The notes beneath the pieces were generated by a model. That model saw only the letters and a program-made list of their open reading frames with translations. It searched no databases and was not told the origin of the DNA. DNA of 12,614 nucleotides from an uncultured bacterium (GTDB taxonomy: Bacteria > Abyssobacteria > SURF-5). Below, one piece after another: positions 1-7,562 of the stretch (its first letter is position 1; each line of letters starts with the position of its first letter). Both the position numbers and the translations under genes were made by a program. The stretch is taken from assembly GCA_964510165.1 (NCBI GenBank), contig CAZEBC010000067.1:5364-17977 (forward strand), given 5' to 3'.

Positions 1-839
1 CCCAGGACACCCAAAAGGCTGCCCGTGAGATGGCCGCGCAAGATGTAGACCTGATCCTCTTTGCCGGTGGTGACGGAACCGCGCGTGACATCTGCGACGC
101 GATTGGACAGAGGACGACGGCGCTCGGGATACCGGCCGGTGTGAAAATTCACTCCGGAGTCTACGCGGTAACCCCCAAGAGCGCCGGCGAAGTGGCAGCA
201 ATGTTCTTGGAGGGGAAATTGAGAACTACTCGGGAGGCCGAGGTCATGGACATTGATGAGGACGCCTTCCGAAATGGTGTCCTGACTGCGAAACTCTACG
301 GTTATCTCCTGGTTCCCGAGGAAAAGAGGTTCGTCCAGAGTGTCAAGTCCGGGGCTGCTCGCGCGGAAGCGCAGTCGCTTCATGCTATCGCCGCCGACGT
401 AATCGCCGGAATGAACGAAGACGACTACTACATTATCGGGCCGGGCACCACGACGCGAGCCATCATGGAGCGCTTGGGCCTTAAGAACACTCTGCTCGGA
501 GTAGACATCATTCTGAACAAACAGCTTGTGATAAACGATGCCACTGAACGACAGTTGTTGGACCATATACAAGGGAAGCAAGCCAAGATCGTTGTGACTG
601 CTATCGGCGGCCAGGGCCATCTTTTCGGGCGCGGAAATCAGCAAATCAGTCCGAGTGTCATCCGCATGGTGGGAAAGGAAAACATCATCGTCATCGCCAC
701 GAAGGAGAAGCTGATTTCGTTGTCCGGAAGACCGCTCCTTGTGGACACGGGCGACGAAGAGCTCGATCAAGAACTCGCGGGCTACATCCGAGTCACCACC
801 GGTTTCAGAGATTATGTGATGTACAAGGTGGGTTTTTGA
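1..839 (+). CDS. ATP-NAD kinase family protein (predicted polyphosphate/ATP-dependent NAD kinase), 5'-truncated by the window edge
   Basis: The frame is open from the window start (QDTQKAAREM...), so ATG 30 is probably internal. Motifs: LILFAGGDGTARD (NAD-kinase GGDGT), LGIPAGVKIHSGVYA, GGQGHLFGRGNQQIS, LLVDTGD. Stop TGA at 837-839. Confidence 0.85.
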   Translation, partial: QDTQKAAREMAAQDVDLILFAGGDGTARDICDAIGQRTTALGIPAGVKIHSGVYAVTPKSAGEVAAMFLEGKLRTTREAEVMDIDEDAFRNGVLTAKLYGYLLVPEEKRFVQSVKSGAARAEAQSLHAIAADVIAGMNEDDYYIIGPGTTTRAIMERLGLKNTLLGVDIILNKQLVINDATERQLLDHIQGKQAKIVVTAIGGQGHLFGRGNQQISPSVIRMVGKENIIVIATKEKLISLSGRPLLVDTGDEELDQELAGYIRVTTGFRDYVMYKVGF

Positions 840-949
840 GTTTTTGGCCTGGCTTGCGCCGCACATGGCATCCCTGGTCCGCCGCGTCACCCCCACCGAA
901 TGAGGCCGCTTGCCAAGCAGAGCGCGAATATGGAGAGGCTGAACCGAGC

Positions 950-1945
950 ATGGCGATAGAATCCACAGTATACGGGCGGGCGGGTCTGTTGGGAAATCCG
1001 TCGGACGGCTATTTCGGAAAAACGATATCGATCTCCGTCGGAAACTTCGCCGCGAGTGTCTCGCTTGAGCACACGGAGAGGCTCCGAATCGAGGCTGATG
1101 CGCCTGAGCAGTCTTCTTATGAGAGCATGGAGGAGCTTGCTCGCCAGGTGGGCCGCTACGGGTACTATGGCGCCGAACGGCTGTTGAAGGCAGCGATAAA
1201 AATGTTCCACGATTACTGCGCGTCGAACGGCGTCACGCTTGAACGCAAGAATTTCACGATGCGCGCTCGGTCGTTGATACCGCGGCAAGTGGGACTGGGC
1301 GGCTCGAGCGCGATAGTTACCGCCGCCATGCGCTGCCTCATGCGATTCTTCGATGTCGATATTCCGCTCGAAATCCTTCCGTCGCTCACCCTTGATGCGG
1401 AGAGGCGCGAACTCGGAATCAGTGCCGGCCTGCAGGACAGGGTAATCCAGGCGTATGGGGGATGTCTCTTCATGGATTTCAGTCGCGAGCTTATTCAAAG
1501 GAACAATTGCGGCCGTTACGAACGGTTGGACCCCGGTCTTCTGCCGCCGTTGTTCATAGCGTACAAGGAAGGCCTCGGCAAGGTGTCGGGACATGCGCTC
1601 ACCCCGATAGGCGTCGGATTCGAGCGAGGCGACAAGCTGGTGCTCGACTCTCTCGCCCGCCTGGCTGAGATCGCGGAGGAGGGAAAGCAGGCCCTGTTCA
1701 ACGGCGACTTCGACCGGCTTTTCGACTTGATGAACGAGAATTTCGAGCAGCGAAGCAAGATCATGCCTATCAGCGAAGGGAACCGCGAGATGATCGAAAC
1801 GGCCCGCAAGCTCGGGGCATCGGCCAAGTTCGCGGGCTCCGGCGGTTCGATAATCGGAATGTACCGAGACGACGACATGTTCGCCAGTCTGGTTGAAGCG
1901 TTCGCGAGAATCGAGGCGAAGCTCATAAAGCCAACGATAGTGTAG
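950..1945 (+). CDS. GHMP kinase, glucuronokinase-like
   Basis: ATG 950 follows GGAGAGG (932-938) and is preferred over the track's TTG 836. GHMP ATP-binding loop IPRQVGLGGSSA. RAGLLGNPSDGYFGKTIS, ELGISAGLQDRVIQAYGG, FMDFS, LLPPL and AKFAGSGG resemble plant glucuronokinase as recalled. Confidence 0.8.
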   Translation: MAIESTVYGRAGLLGNPSDGYFGKTISISVGNFAASVSLEHTERLRIEADAPEQSSYESMEELARQVGRYGYYGAERLLKAAIKMFHDYCASNGVTLERKNFTMRARSLIPRQVGLGGSSAIVTAAMRCLMRFFDVDIPLEILPSLTLDAERRELGISAGLQDRVIQAYGGCLFMDFSRELIQRNNCGRYERLDPGLLPPLFIAYKEGLGKVSGHALTPIGVGFERGDKLVLDSLARLAEIAEEGKQALFNGDFDRLFDLMNENFEQRSKIMPISEGNREMIETARKLGASAKFAGSGGSIIGMYRDDDMFASLVEAFARIEAKLIKPTIV

Positions 1946-1959
1946 GAGGACGTTGACGC

Positions 1960-2835
1960 ATGGTGCGAAAGGCTGTCATCCCGGCAGCGGGGTCGGGGAC
2001 CAGATTCCTTCCGGTGACAAAGGCGCAACCGAAAGAGATGCTTCCGATCATTGATACGCCAACGATACAGTATGTCGTGCAAGAGGCGGTGGATTCCGGC
2101 ATCGACGACATTCTCATCGTCACTGGTAAGGGAAAGCGCGCCATCGAGGACCACTTCGACCGCAATCCCGAGTTGGAGCGACTGCTTGATAACAAGAATG
2201 AGAAGTGGCTCGCACGCGAGGTTCGGCGGCTCGCCGACATGGCGAATATACATTTCATCCGGCAGAAGGAACCCAAAGGGCTGGGGGATGCAGTCTTGTG
2301 CGCGCGCCACCACGTGGGCGATGAGCCGTTCGCCGTCCTGCTGGGCGACACCATCATAGAATCCGACGCGCCAGCCGTCCGCCAACTCATCGAGCGCCAC
2401 TATGAGTACGGGCATACCATCATCGGGGTAGAGACGGTTCCCAAAGAAAAGGTCTCGCGGTACGGCGTTGTCGGCGGGAGAAGGATTCGAGACGATATCC
2501 TCCAGGTGACCACCCTGGTTGAGAAGCCTTCCATCGAGCAGAGTCCCTCCGCCCTCGCCATAGCCGGTCGCTACATACTGACACCGGCGATATTCGATAT
2601 TCTTGAGAGCCTGCCGAAAGGCAGGAACGATGAGGTCCAACTCACCGACGCCTTGAGAACGCTTCTGAATACGCAGCCGGTTTACTCCTTAACCATCAAA
2701 GGCAAGCGATACGATATCGGCGACAAGCTCGATTACCTCAAAACACAGGTCGAATATGGACTCAAAAGACAAGATTTCGGCCAGGCATTTCTGGAATTCC
2801 TGAAAGAAACAATAGCATCCTGCGAGGCCCGCTGA
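1960..2835 (+). CDS. galU: UTP--glucose-1-phosphate uridylyltransferase
   Basis: KAVIPAAGSGTRFLPVTKAQPKEMLP, GKRAIEDHFD, RQKEPKGLGDAV, LVEKP, EVQLTDA and RYDIG. Strong RBS AGGAGG directly after the kinase stop. Confidence 0.95.
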   Translation: MVRKAVIPAAGSGTRFLPVTKAQPKEMLPIIDTPTIQYVVQEAVDSGIDDILIVTGKGKRAIEDHFDRNPELERLLDNKNEKWLAREVRRLADMANIHFIRQKEPKGLGDAVLCARHHVGDEPFAVLLGDTIIESDAPAVRQLIERHYEYGHTIIGVETVPKEKVSRYGVVGGRRIRDDILQVTTLVEKPSIEQSPSALAIAGRYILTPAIFDILESLPKGRNDEVQLTDALRTLLNTQPVYSLTIKGKRYDIGDKLDYLKTQVEYGLKRQDFGQAFLEFLKETIASCEAR

Positions 2836-2910
2836 CACTGCATCCTCTCGACCGTGTTTCATCACGAAAATCAGCGTGGCCTTTGTTTGGCTGCTTAACT
2901 CTTGCCCATA

Positions 2911-2940
2911 TTGACACCCCGTCCATAACAGTGTTAGAAT
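2911..2940 (+). promoter_or_regulatory. sigma70-type promoter of the thi operon
   Basis: TTGACA (2911-2916), 18-nt spacer, extended -10 TG-t-TAGAAT (2932-2940). The predicted start site falls at the 5' end of the TPP aptamer. Confidence 0.8.
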
Positions 2941-2943
2941 AAG

Positions 2944-3032
2944 TGTCAAGCTAGGGGTGTGCAAAGACACTGAGAGTCTGAACGACAACCCTTTGAACCT
3001 GAACTGGGTAATGCCAGCGTAGGGAAGCGACA
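2944..3032 (+). ncRNA. TPP riboswitch aptamer (THI element)
   Basis: CTAGGGGTG...CTGAGA...ACCCTTTGAACCTGA.CTGGGTAATGCCAGCGTAGGGAAG. Stems: P3 GTGT/ACAC, P3a GTC/GAC, P5 CTGG/CCAG, P1 TGTC-aa-GCT/AGC-GACA. Lies directly upstream of thiS. Confidence 0.97.
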
Positions 3033-3050
3033 TCGAGAACCAGCATTTCA

Positions 3051-3085
3051 GCCGCGTTCCCTACAAGGATGCGGCAATTTTTTTT
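3051..3085 (+). terminator. intrinsic terminator forming the riboswitch expression platform
   Basis: Hairpin GCCGCGTTCC-ctacaa-GGATGCGGC followed by AA and 8 T. TTCCCTAC (3057-3064) is the exact complement of aptamer GTAGGGAA (3019-3026), giving an antiterminator pairing. Confidence 0.88.
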
Positions 3086-3091
3086 GAGACT

Positions 3092-3316
3092 ATGCGCATA
3101 ACGCTGAACGGCGAGCAATACGAAACCGAAGGGCCGATGACCGTTGCCGATTTACTCAAGGCGCTCGGCCTTGATGGTGCGCGTGTCGCGGTTGAACTGA
3201 ACCTCGATATCCTGCCCAAAAGCGACTATGCGACCGAGGCGCTCAGGGAGGGCGATCGGCTCGAGGTCGTCCATTTTGTTGGCGGAGGAAAACCGCAACC
3301 GGAGGTATCGCAATGA
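3092..3316 (+). CDS. thiS: sulfur carrier protein ThiS with C-terminal extension
   Basis: MRITLNGE...VAVELN...[15 protein letters not shown] followed by KPQPEVSQ. First gene behind the TPP riboswitch; overlaps thiG by ATGA. Confidence 0.92.
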   Translation: MRITLNGEQYETEGPMTVADLLKALGLDGARVAVELNLDILPKSDYATEALREGDRLEVVHFVGGGKPQPEVSQ

Positions 3317-4092
3317 CGGATGAACTGGTTATAGCCGGCCGTAAATATCGCTCTCGCCTGCTCATCGGAACCGGCAAGTACGCGACATTCGAGCAGATGC
3401 GCGAGGCGCTGGACAAGTCGGGCGCGGAGATCGTCACCGTCGCCGTGCGCCGAATCAACATCTCGGACCGGAGCAAGGAATCGCTGCTCGATTACATCGA
3501 CACAAGCAAGTACGCGCTGTTGCCGAACACGGCCGGCTGTTACTCGGCCGAAGACGCGATCCGAACCGCTCGCCTCGGGCGAGAGGCCGGGCTTTCCGAC
3601 ATGGTGAAGCTGGAGGTTATCGGCGACGAGAAAACCCTGTTCCCCGACAACGAGGGGCTGCTCCAGGCTGCCAAGGTGCTCATCAAGGAAGGCTTCGTCG
3701 TGTTGCCCTACACGAACGATGACCCGATAACCTGCAAGAAACTGGAGGAGATCGGATGCGCCGCCGTGATGCCTCTGGCCGCTCCCATCGGCTCCGGGCT
3801 CGGCATCAGAAACCCATATAACATCCGAATCATTGTCGAACAGGCGAAAGTGCCCGTGATTGTTGACGCCGGCGTCGGTACCGCGTCCGATGCCGCTATC
3901 GCGATGGAACTCGGAGTGGATGGCGTGCTCATGAACACAGGCGTCGCCGGCGCGAAGAATCCCGTGCTCATGGCAGAGGCTATGCGCTTGGCGGTCGACG
4001 CAGGCCGCAAGGCCTTTCTCGCGGGCCGGATACCCCGCAAGCTCTACGCGACCGCGAGCAGCCCGTTGGAGGGAATCATTGCTGCAGGTTGA
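3313..4092 (+). CDS. thiG: thiazole synthase
   Basis: [32 protein letters not shown] (Schiff-base Lys), [25 protein letters not shown] and ASSP. RBS GGAGGT at 3301-3306. Confidence 0.97.
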   Translation: MTDELVIAGRKYRSRLLIGTGKYATFEQMREALDKSGAEIVTVAVRRINISDRSKESLLDYIDTSKYALLPNTAGCYSAEDAIRTARLGREAGLSDMVKLEVIGDEKTLFPDNEGLLQAAKVLIKEGFVVLPYTNDDPITCKKLEEIGCAAVMPLAAPIGSGLGIRNPYNIRIIVEQAKVPVIVDAGVGTASDAAIAMELGVDGVLMNTGVAGAKNPVLMAEAMRLAVDAGRKAFLAGRIPRKLYATASSPLEGIIAAG

Positions 4093-4801
4093 TTTTCGGT
4101 TGTATCTCATAACGGACCGGATTCAATGCGAACCGGAAGGCCTTCTCCCGCGCGTCGAGGCAGCTTTGCGCGGCGGGGTGGACGCGGTCCAACTTCGCGA
4201 CAAAGACCTCACCACGCGCGAGCGATATGAAATCGGGATGAAGCTTCGCGAGATGACCTCCAGGTTCGGTGCCAGGCTGTTCGTCAATAATGACGCCGCG
4301 CTGGCCCGAGCGATTCGCGCCGACGGCGTACACCTGCCGCAGGACGGGTTGCCAGCGGATGTATGTCGAACAGTGCTCGAGCCGCATATGCTGATCGGGG
4401 TCTCCACCCATAGCCTGGCGGAGGCGTTGGATGCGGAGGCCAGGTGCGCGGATTTCATCACGTTCGGACCTGTATACCACACGCCCTCGAAAGCGCAGTA
4501 CGGTTGTCCGGTCGGTCTGGATGCGTTGCGAGAAGTATGCGCACGGATCAAACTCCCGGTATATGCGCTTGGCGGGGTCAAGAAATCGAATATAGAAGAA
4601 GTCATATCGGCGGGCGCGGCCGGAATCGCCATGATATCCGCCATATTGGCCGCTGCCGAGCCGGAGCGCGCCGCCGCAGAAATCAAGACGGCCATCCGGC
4701 TCGCGTGCCCGGCGCCGTCTTCCCCTCCCCCCAACCCTCTCCCGACGGGAGAGGGCAGGGTGAGGGGCTTTGCGAACGGAAGAAAGGTTGACTCGAAATG
4801 A
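4079..4801 (+). CDS. thiE: thiamine-phosphate synthase (ThiE/TenI family)
   Basis: [42 protein letters not shown] and IAMISAI. TTG start after GGAGGG (4068-4073). The C-terminal tail is partly encoded by a palindromic repeat. Confidence 0.85.
   Translation: MLQVDFRLYLITDRIQCEPEGLLPRVEAALRGGVDAVQLRDKDLTTRERYEIGMKLREMTSRFGARLFVNNDAALARAIRADGVHLPQDGLPADVCRTVLEPHMLIGVSTHSLAEALDAEARCADFITFGPVYHTPSKAQYGCPVGLDALREVCARIKLPVYALGGVKKSNIEEVISAGAAGIAMISAILAAAEPERAAAEIKTAIRLACPAPSSPPPNPLPTGEGRVRGFANGRKVDSK
4722..4767. repeat. REP-like palindromic element inside the thiE 3' end
   Basis: Perfect core CCCTCTCCC-gac-GGGAGAGGG (4735-4755) with imperfect outer arms CCCCTCcCCC / GGGTGAGGGG. It translates as [13 protein letters not shown] or [11 protein letters not shown] depending on frame, a pattern I recognise from dispersed bacterial repeats. 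Confidence 0.75.
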
Positions 4802-6078
4802 CTCAGCTATTGAAAGCCAGACAAGGGGTCGTCACGCCGGAGATGGAACAGGTGGCCGCCGCCGAGGGCAGGTCCGCCGAATATATACGAGAAGGTGTCG
4901 GGGAGGGAAGCATAATAATCACGCGCAACATCGGCCACAAATCCGCGCAAGCCCTGGGCATTGGCAGGGGCCTGAGAATAAAGGTCAACGCAAACATCGG
5001 AACTTCCGGCGACAATAAGGACATGGCGATTGACCTCGAGAAGCTCAATGTCGCAATCTCAGCGGGCGCCGATACGGTGATGGACCTGAGTGTCGGCGGC
5101 CCGGTGGATGAGGTCCTGAAAGAGGTTCTCATGCGCTCGACGGTGCCTGTCGGCACGGTGCCCATCTACCAGGCGGCTTTGCAGGCCCGGTTGCGCGGCA
5201 AGGCATATGTTGAGCTGAGCGCCGACGAGATATTCGAGACCATAGAAGAACATGCGCGCGTGGGTGTTGACTTTGTCACGGTTCATTGCGCGGTCACTCA
5301 GGGATCGGTCGCGCGCCTGAAGAAGCACAAGCGCATTCTTGACATCGTGAGCCGGGGCGGCGCGTTGATGCTCGAGTGGATGATGTACAACAAGAAGGAG
5401 AATCCGCTGTATGAGCACTTCGACCGGCTGCTCGAGATCGCGAGGGAATACGACATGTCGCTCAGCCTTGGCGACGGCATGCGCCCGGGCTGCATCGCCG
5501 ACGCGACCGACAGGGGTCAGATTCAAGAACTTATCATCCAGGGAGAGTTGGTCGAACGCTGCTGGGCCGCCGGCGTGCAGGTGATGTGCGAGGGGCCCGG
5601 TCATGTTCCGCTGGACCAGATCGCCGCCAACATGATTCTCCAGAAGCGCCTGTGCCGGGGCGCGCCGTTCTACGTGCTCGGCCCGCTTGTCACGGATATC
5701 GCGCCCGGGTACGACCACATAACGGGCGCAATCGGCGGGGCGATTGCCGCGATGGCGGGCGCCGATTTCCTCTGTTATGTGACGCCGTCGGAGCACTTGC
5801 GGTTGCCCTCCGTCGAGGACGTGAGAGAGGGCGTCATCGCATCGCGCATTGCCGCGCATGCTGCTGACATCGCGCGGAGCATTCCGGGCGCGGTCGAAAG
5901 GGATAACGCGATGGCTCGATGCCGAAAGAATCTCGATTGGGAGGGGCAGATATCTCTTGCCATCGATCCGGAGCGGGCGCGCGCGCTTCGGGAAAGCAGC
6001 CGCCCAGCCGACAGCGAAGTCTGCACGATGTGCGGTGAGTTCTGCGCCATCAAGGTAACCCGCAAGGCCACGGCATAA
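4798..6078 (+). CDS. thiC: phosphomethylpyrimidine synthase (short, anaerobe-type)
   Basis: KVNANIGTS, GADTVMDLS, GTVPIYQA, GVDFVTVH, IVSRGG, SLGDGMRPG, EGPGHVP, PFYVLGPLVTDIAPGYDHI, CYVTPSEHL and the C-terminal Fe-S motif CTMCGEFC. Confidence 0.96.
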   Translation: MTQLLKARQGVVTPEMEQVAAAEGRSAEYIREGVGEGSIIITRNIGHKSAQALGIGRGLRIKVNANIGTSGDNKDMAIDLEKLNVAISAGADTVMDLSVGGPVDEVLKEVLMRSTVPVGTVPIYQAALQARLRGKAYVELSADEIFETIEEHARVGVDFVTVHCAVTQGSVARLKKHKRILDIVSRGGALMLEWMMYNKKENPLYEHFDRLLEIAREYDMSLSLGDGMRPGCIADATDRGQIQELIIQGELVERCWAAGVQVMCEGPGHVPLDQIAANMILQKRLCRGAPFYVLGPLVTDIAPGYDHITGAIGGAIAAMAGADFLCYVTPSEHLRLPSVEDVREGVIASRIAAHAADIARSIPGAVERDNAMARCRKNLDWEGQISLAIDPERARALRESSRPADSEVCTMCGEFCAIKVTRKATA

Positions 6079-6088
6079 GGAGTCCCAT

Positions 6089-7513
6089 TTGAGGCTGCCC
6101 TCTGTCGCACACGCTGTATTGCCCCCGCTGATCATCGCCGTGGCGTTAGCCGTGCGCGCATGGTGTTATACGGGTCCCATCGGCAGCGACGATCACGACT
6201 ATTATCTCGCCGCCTACGAGATGCACAAGGGCGAATATCAACCCTCCGAAAAATACTGGAAGAACCGCTACGGAATGATCCTTCCCATTGCCGCCGCATA
6301 TGAGATTCTTGGCACAAATGAGTACGCGGCGGCGGCCTGGCCGATGTTTTCCGCGCTCGGGGCCGTTGCGGTGTGCTACCTTCTCGGCAAGAAGCTTGTC
6401 GACGGGCAGACCGGACTGCTTGCGGCGCTGCTGTTGGCTTTTTACCCGCTTGACGTTCATTATTCCGGGTTGATACTGCCGGACATTCCGATTTCCTTTT
6501 TGATTGCGACGTCGGTGTACGCCTTCATCGAGGCTGGCACACGCGCCAAACGCAGTCTTCCGTTGTATTTCCTGTCGGGGCTTTTGCTCGGCATTGCGTA
6601 CCTGTGCCGGTCGATGTCGGTCGTTGTATTGCCTTTTCTGGCGCTTTACATCATCTTTTTCGAGAGAAAACTGAGGCTGGAGCATTCGCTGCTCGCGGTC
6701 GGTTTCGCGGCGGTGCTCGCAGCGGAAGGCGCATATTACGCGCTCAACGGATTGAGTCCGCTCTATGGGTTTCAGCTCAACGCGCAGGCCGCGATAGCCG
6801 TCAATTCATCCGGTGAATGCTCGACGAGCCAGGGATACTATCCGCAAGTCATTTTCGGGAACCTGTCGGTCTTCGGCCCCTATTTTTACCTGTTCTTGCC
6901 TGCCATGGCGCTGGCCGCCGTCAAACGAGAGCGGGGCGCGCTGATTCTGCTGGCGTGGGCGGGGAGCATCCTCTTCATCTTGCAGTTCGGATACGTGAGT
7001 CTGTTTCCGCCCATTGCCGTCGTGAAGGTCCGTAAGTTCCTGATTTACGGAACAGTCCCTCTGGTCTTGCTTGGGGCATGGGCTTTGATGCAGGTGAGAG
7101 CGCGGCTCCGATGGTCCGTAGTGACGCTCCTTGTCGGGCTATCCCTTTATTTCCTGAGGCCATGCTCGTATTCCTTCAACCGCACTCCGGAGGCGATGGG
7201 AGGCAACGTTCGGCAAGTGGCGGCCTACCTAAAGCAGTTGCCGCCGAAACCGATCTATACCGACCTCCGCACCCAGGCGATGCTGATGCTTGCCTCGGGA
7301 TTCGAATTTCCTCCGGAGAGGTTTCGGGATTTATACCAGGTCGCATCGCCCCGGGAATTGCGCGGCTGCTACGTGGTGATCAACTGGTTCTATGCCAGAT
7401 TCGATTCTCCAGCGGGGGCAACGCCGACGTATGTCATAAACTACCTTAGGAGCGTGCCGACCGATTGGACCAAGAAAGATTTCGCGCAGTCACTTGTGCT
7501 GGACGTGCCTTAA
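6089..7513 (+). CDS. polytopic membrane glycosyltransferase, ArnT/GT39 (PMT_2)-like GT-C fold
   Basis: First transmembrane helix followed by GSDDHDY (acidic pair typical of GT-C), then YLLGKKLVD..GLLAALLLAFYP, ILPD.P and LSGLLLGIAYL.R. About 11-13 hydrophobic segments and a soluble C-terminal domain. TTG start after AAGGAG. Confidence 0.75.
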   Translation: MRLPSVAHAVLPPLIIAVALAVRAWCYTGPIGSDDHDYYLAAYEMHKGEYQPSEKYWKNRYGMILPIAAAYEILGTNEYAAAAWPMFSALGAVAVCYLLGKKLVDGQTGLLAALLLAFYPLDVHYSGLILPDIPISFLIATSVYAFIEAGTRAKRSLPLYFLSGLLLGIAYLCRSMSVVVLPFLALYIIFFERKLRLEHSLLAVGFAAVLAAEGAYYALNGLSPLYGFQLNAQAAIAVNSSGECSTSQGYYPQVIFGNLSVFGPYFYLFLPAMALAAVKRERGALILLAWAGSILFILQFGYVSLFPPIAVVKVRKFLIYGTVPLVLLGAWALMQVRARLRWSVVTLLVGLSLYFLRPCSYSFNRTPEAMGGNVRQVAAYLKQLPPKPIYTDLRTQAMLMLASGFEFPPERFRDLYQVASPRELRGCYVVINWFYARFDSPAGATPTYVINYLRSVPTDWTKKDFAQSLVLDVP

Positions 7514-7562
7514 GTGATTTTTGGGGAGAAGGGGAAAGCGGAGGGCATCGGGATTTCCGCTC

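Noticed and set aside
845-860. sigma54 promoter (GG-N10-GC) upstream of the GHMP kinase
   Set aside because: Only the minimal dinucleotides match; the TGGCAC and TTGC context is not in register.
836-949. N-terminal extension of the GHMP kinase from TTG 836
   Set aside because: Family similarity begins after ATG 950, which has an RBS. The extension looks like translated intergenic DNA.
2921-2949. Antisense sigma70 promoter from the minus-strand TTGACA at 2949-2944
   Set aside because: No credible -10 box at 16-18 nt spacing (best is TATGGA).
4798-6078. ThiC paralogue BzaA/BzaB/BzaF (benzimidazole synthesis)
   Set aside because: It lies in a TPP-riboswitch operon with thiSGE, and no cobalamin genes or B12 riboswitch are present.
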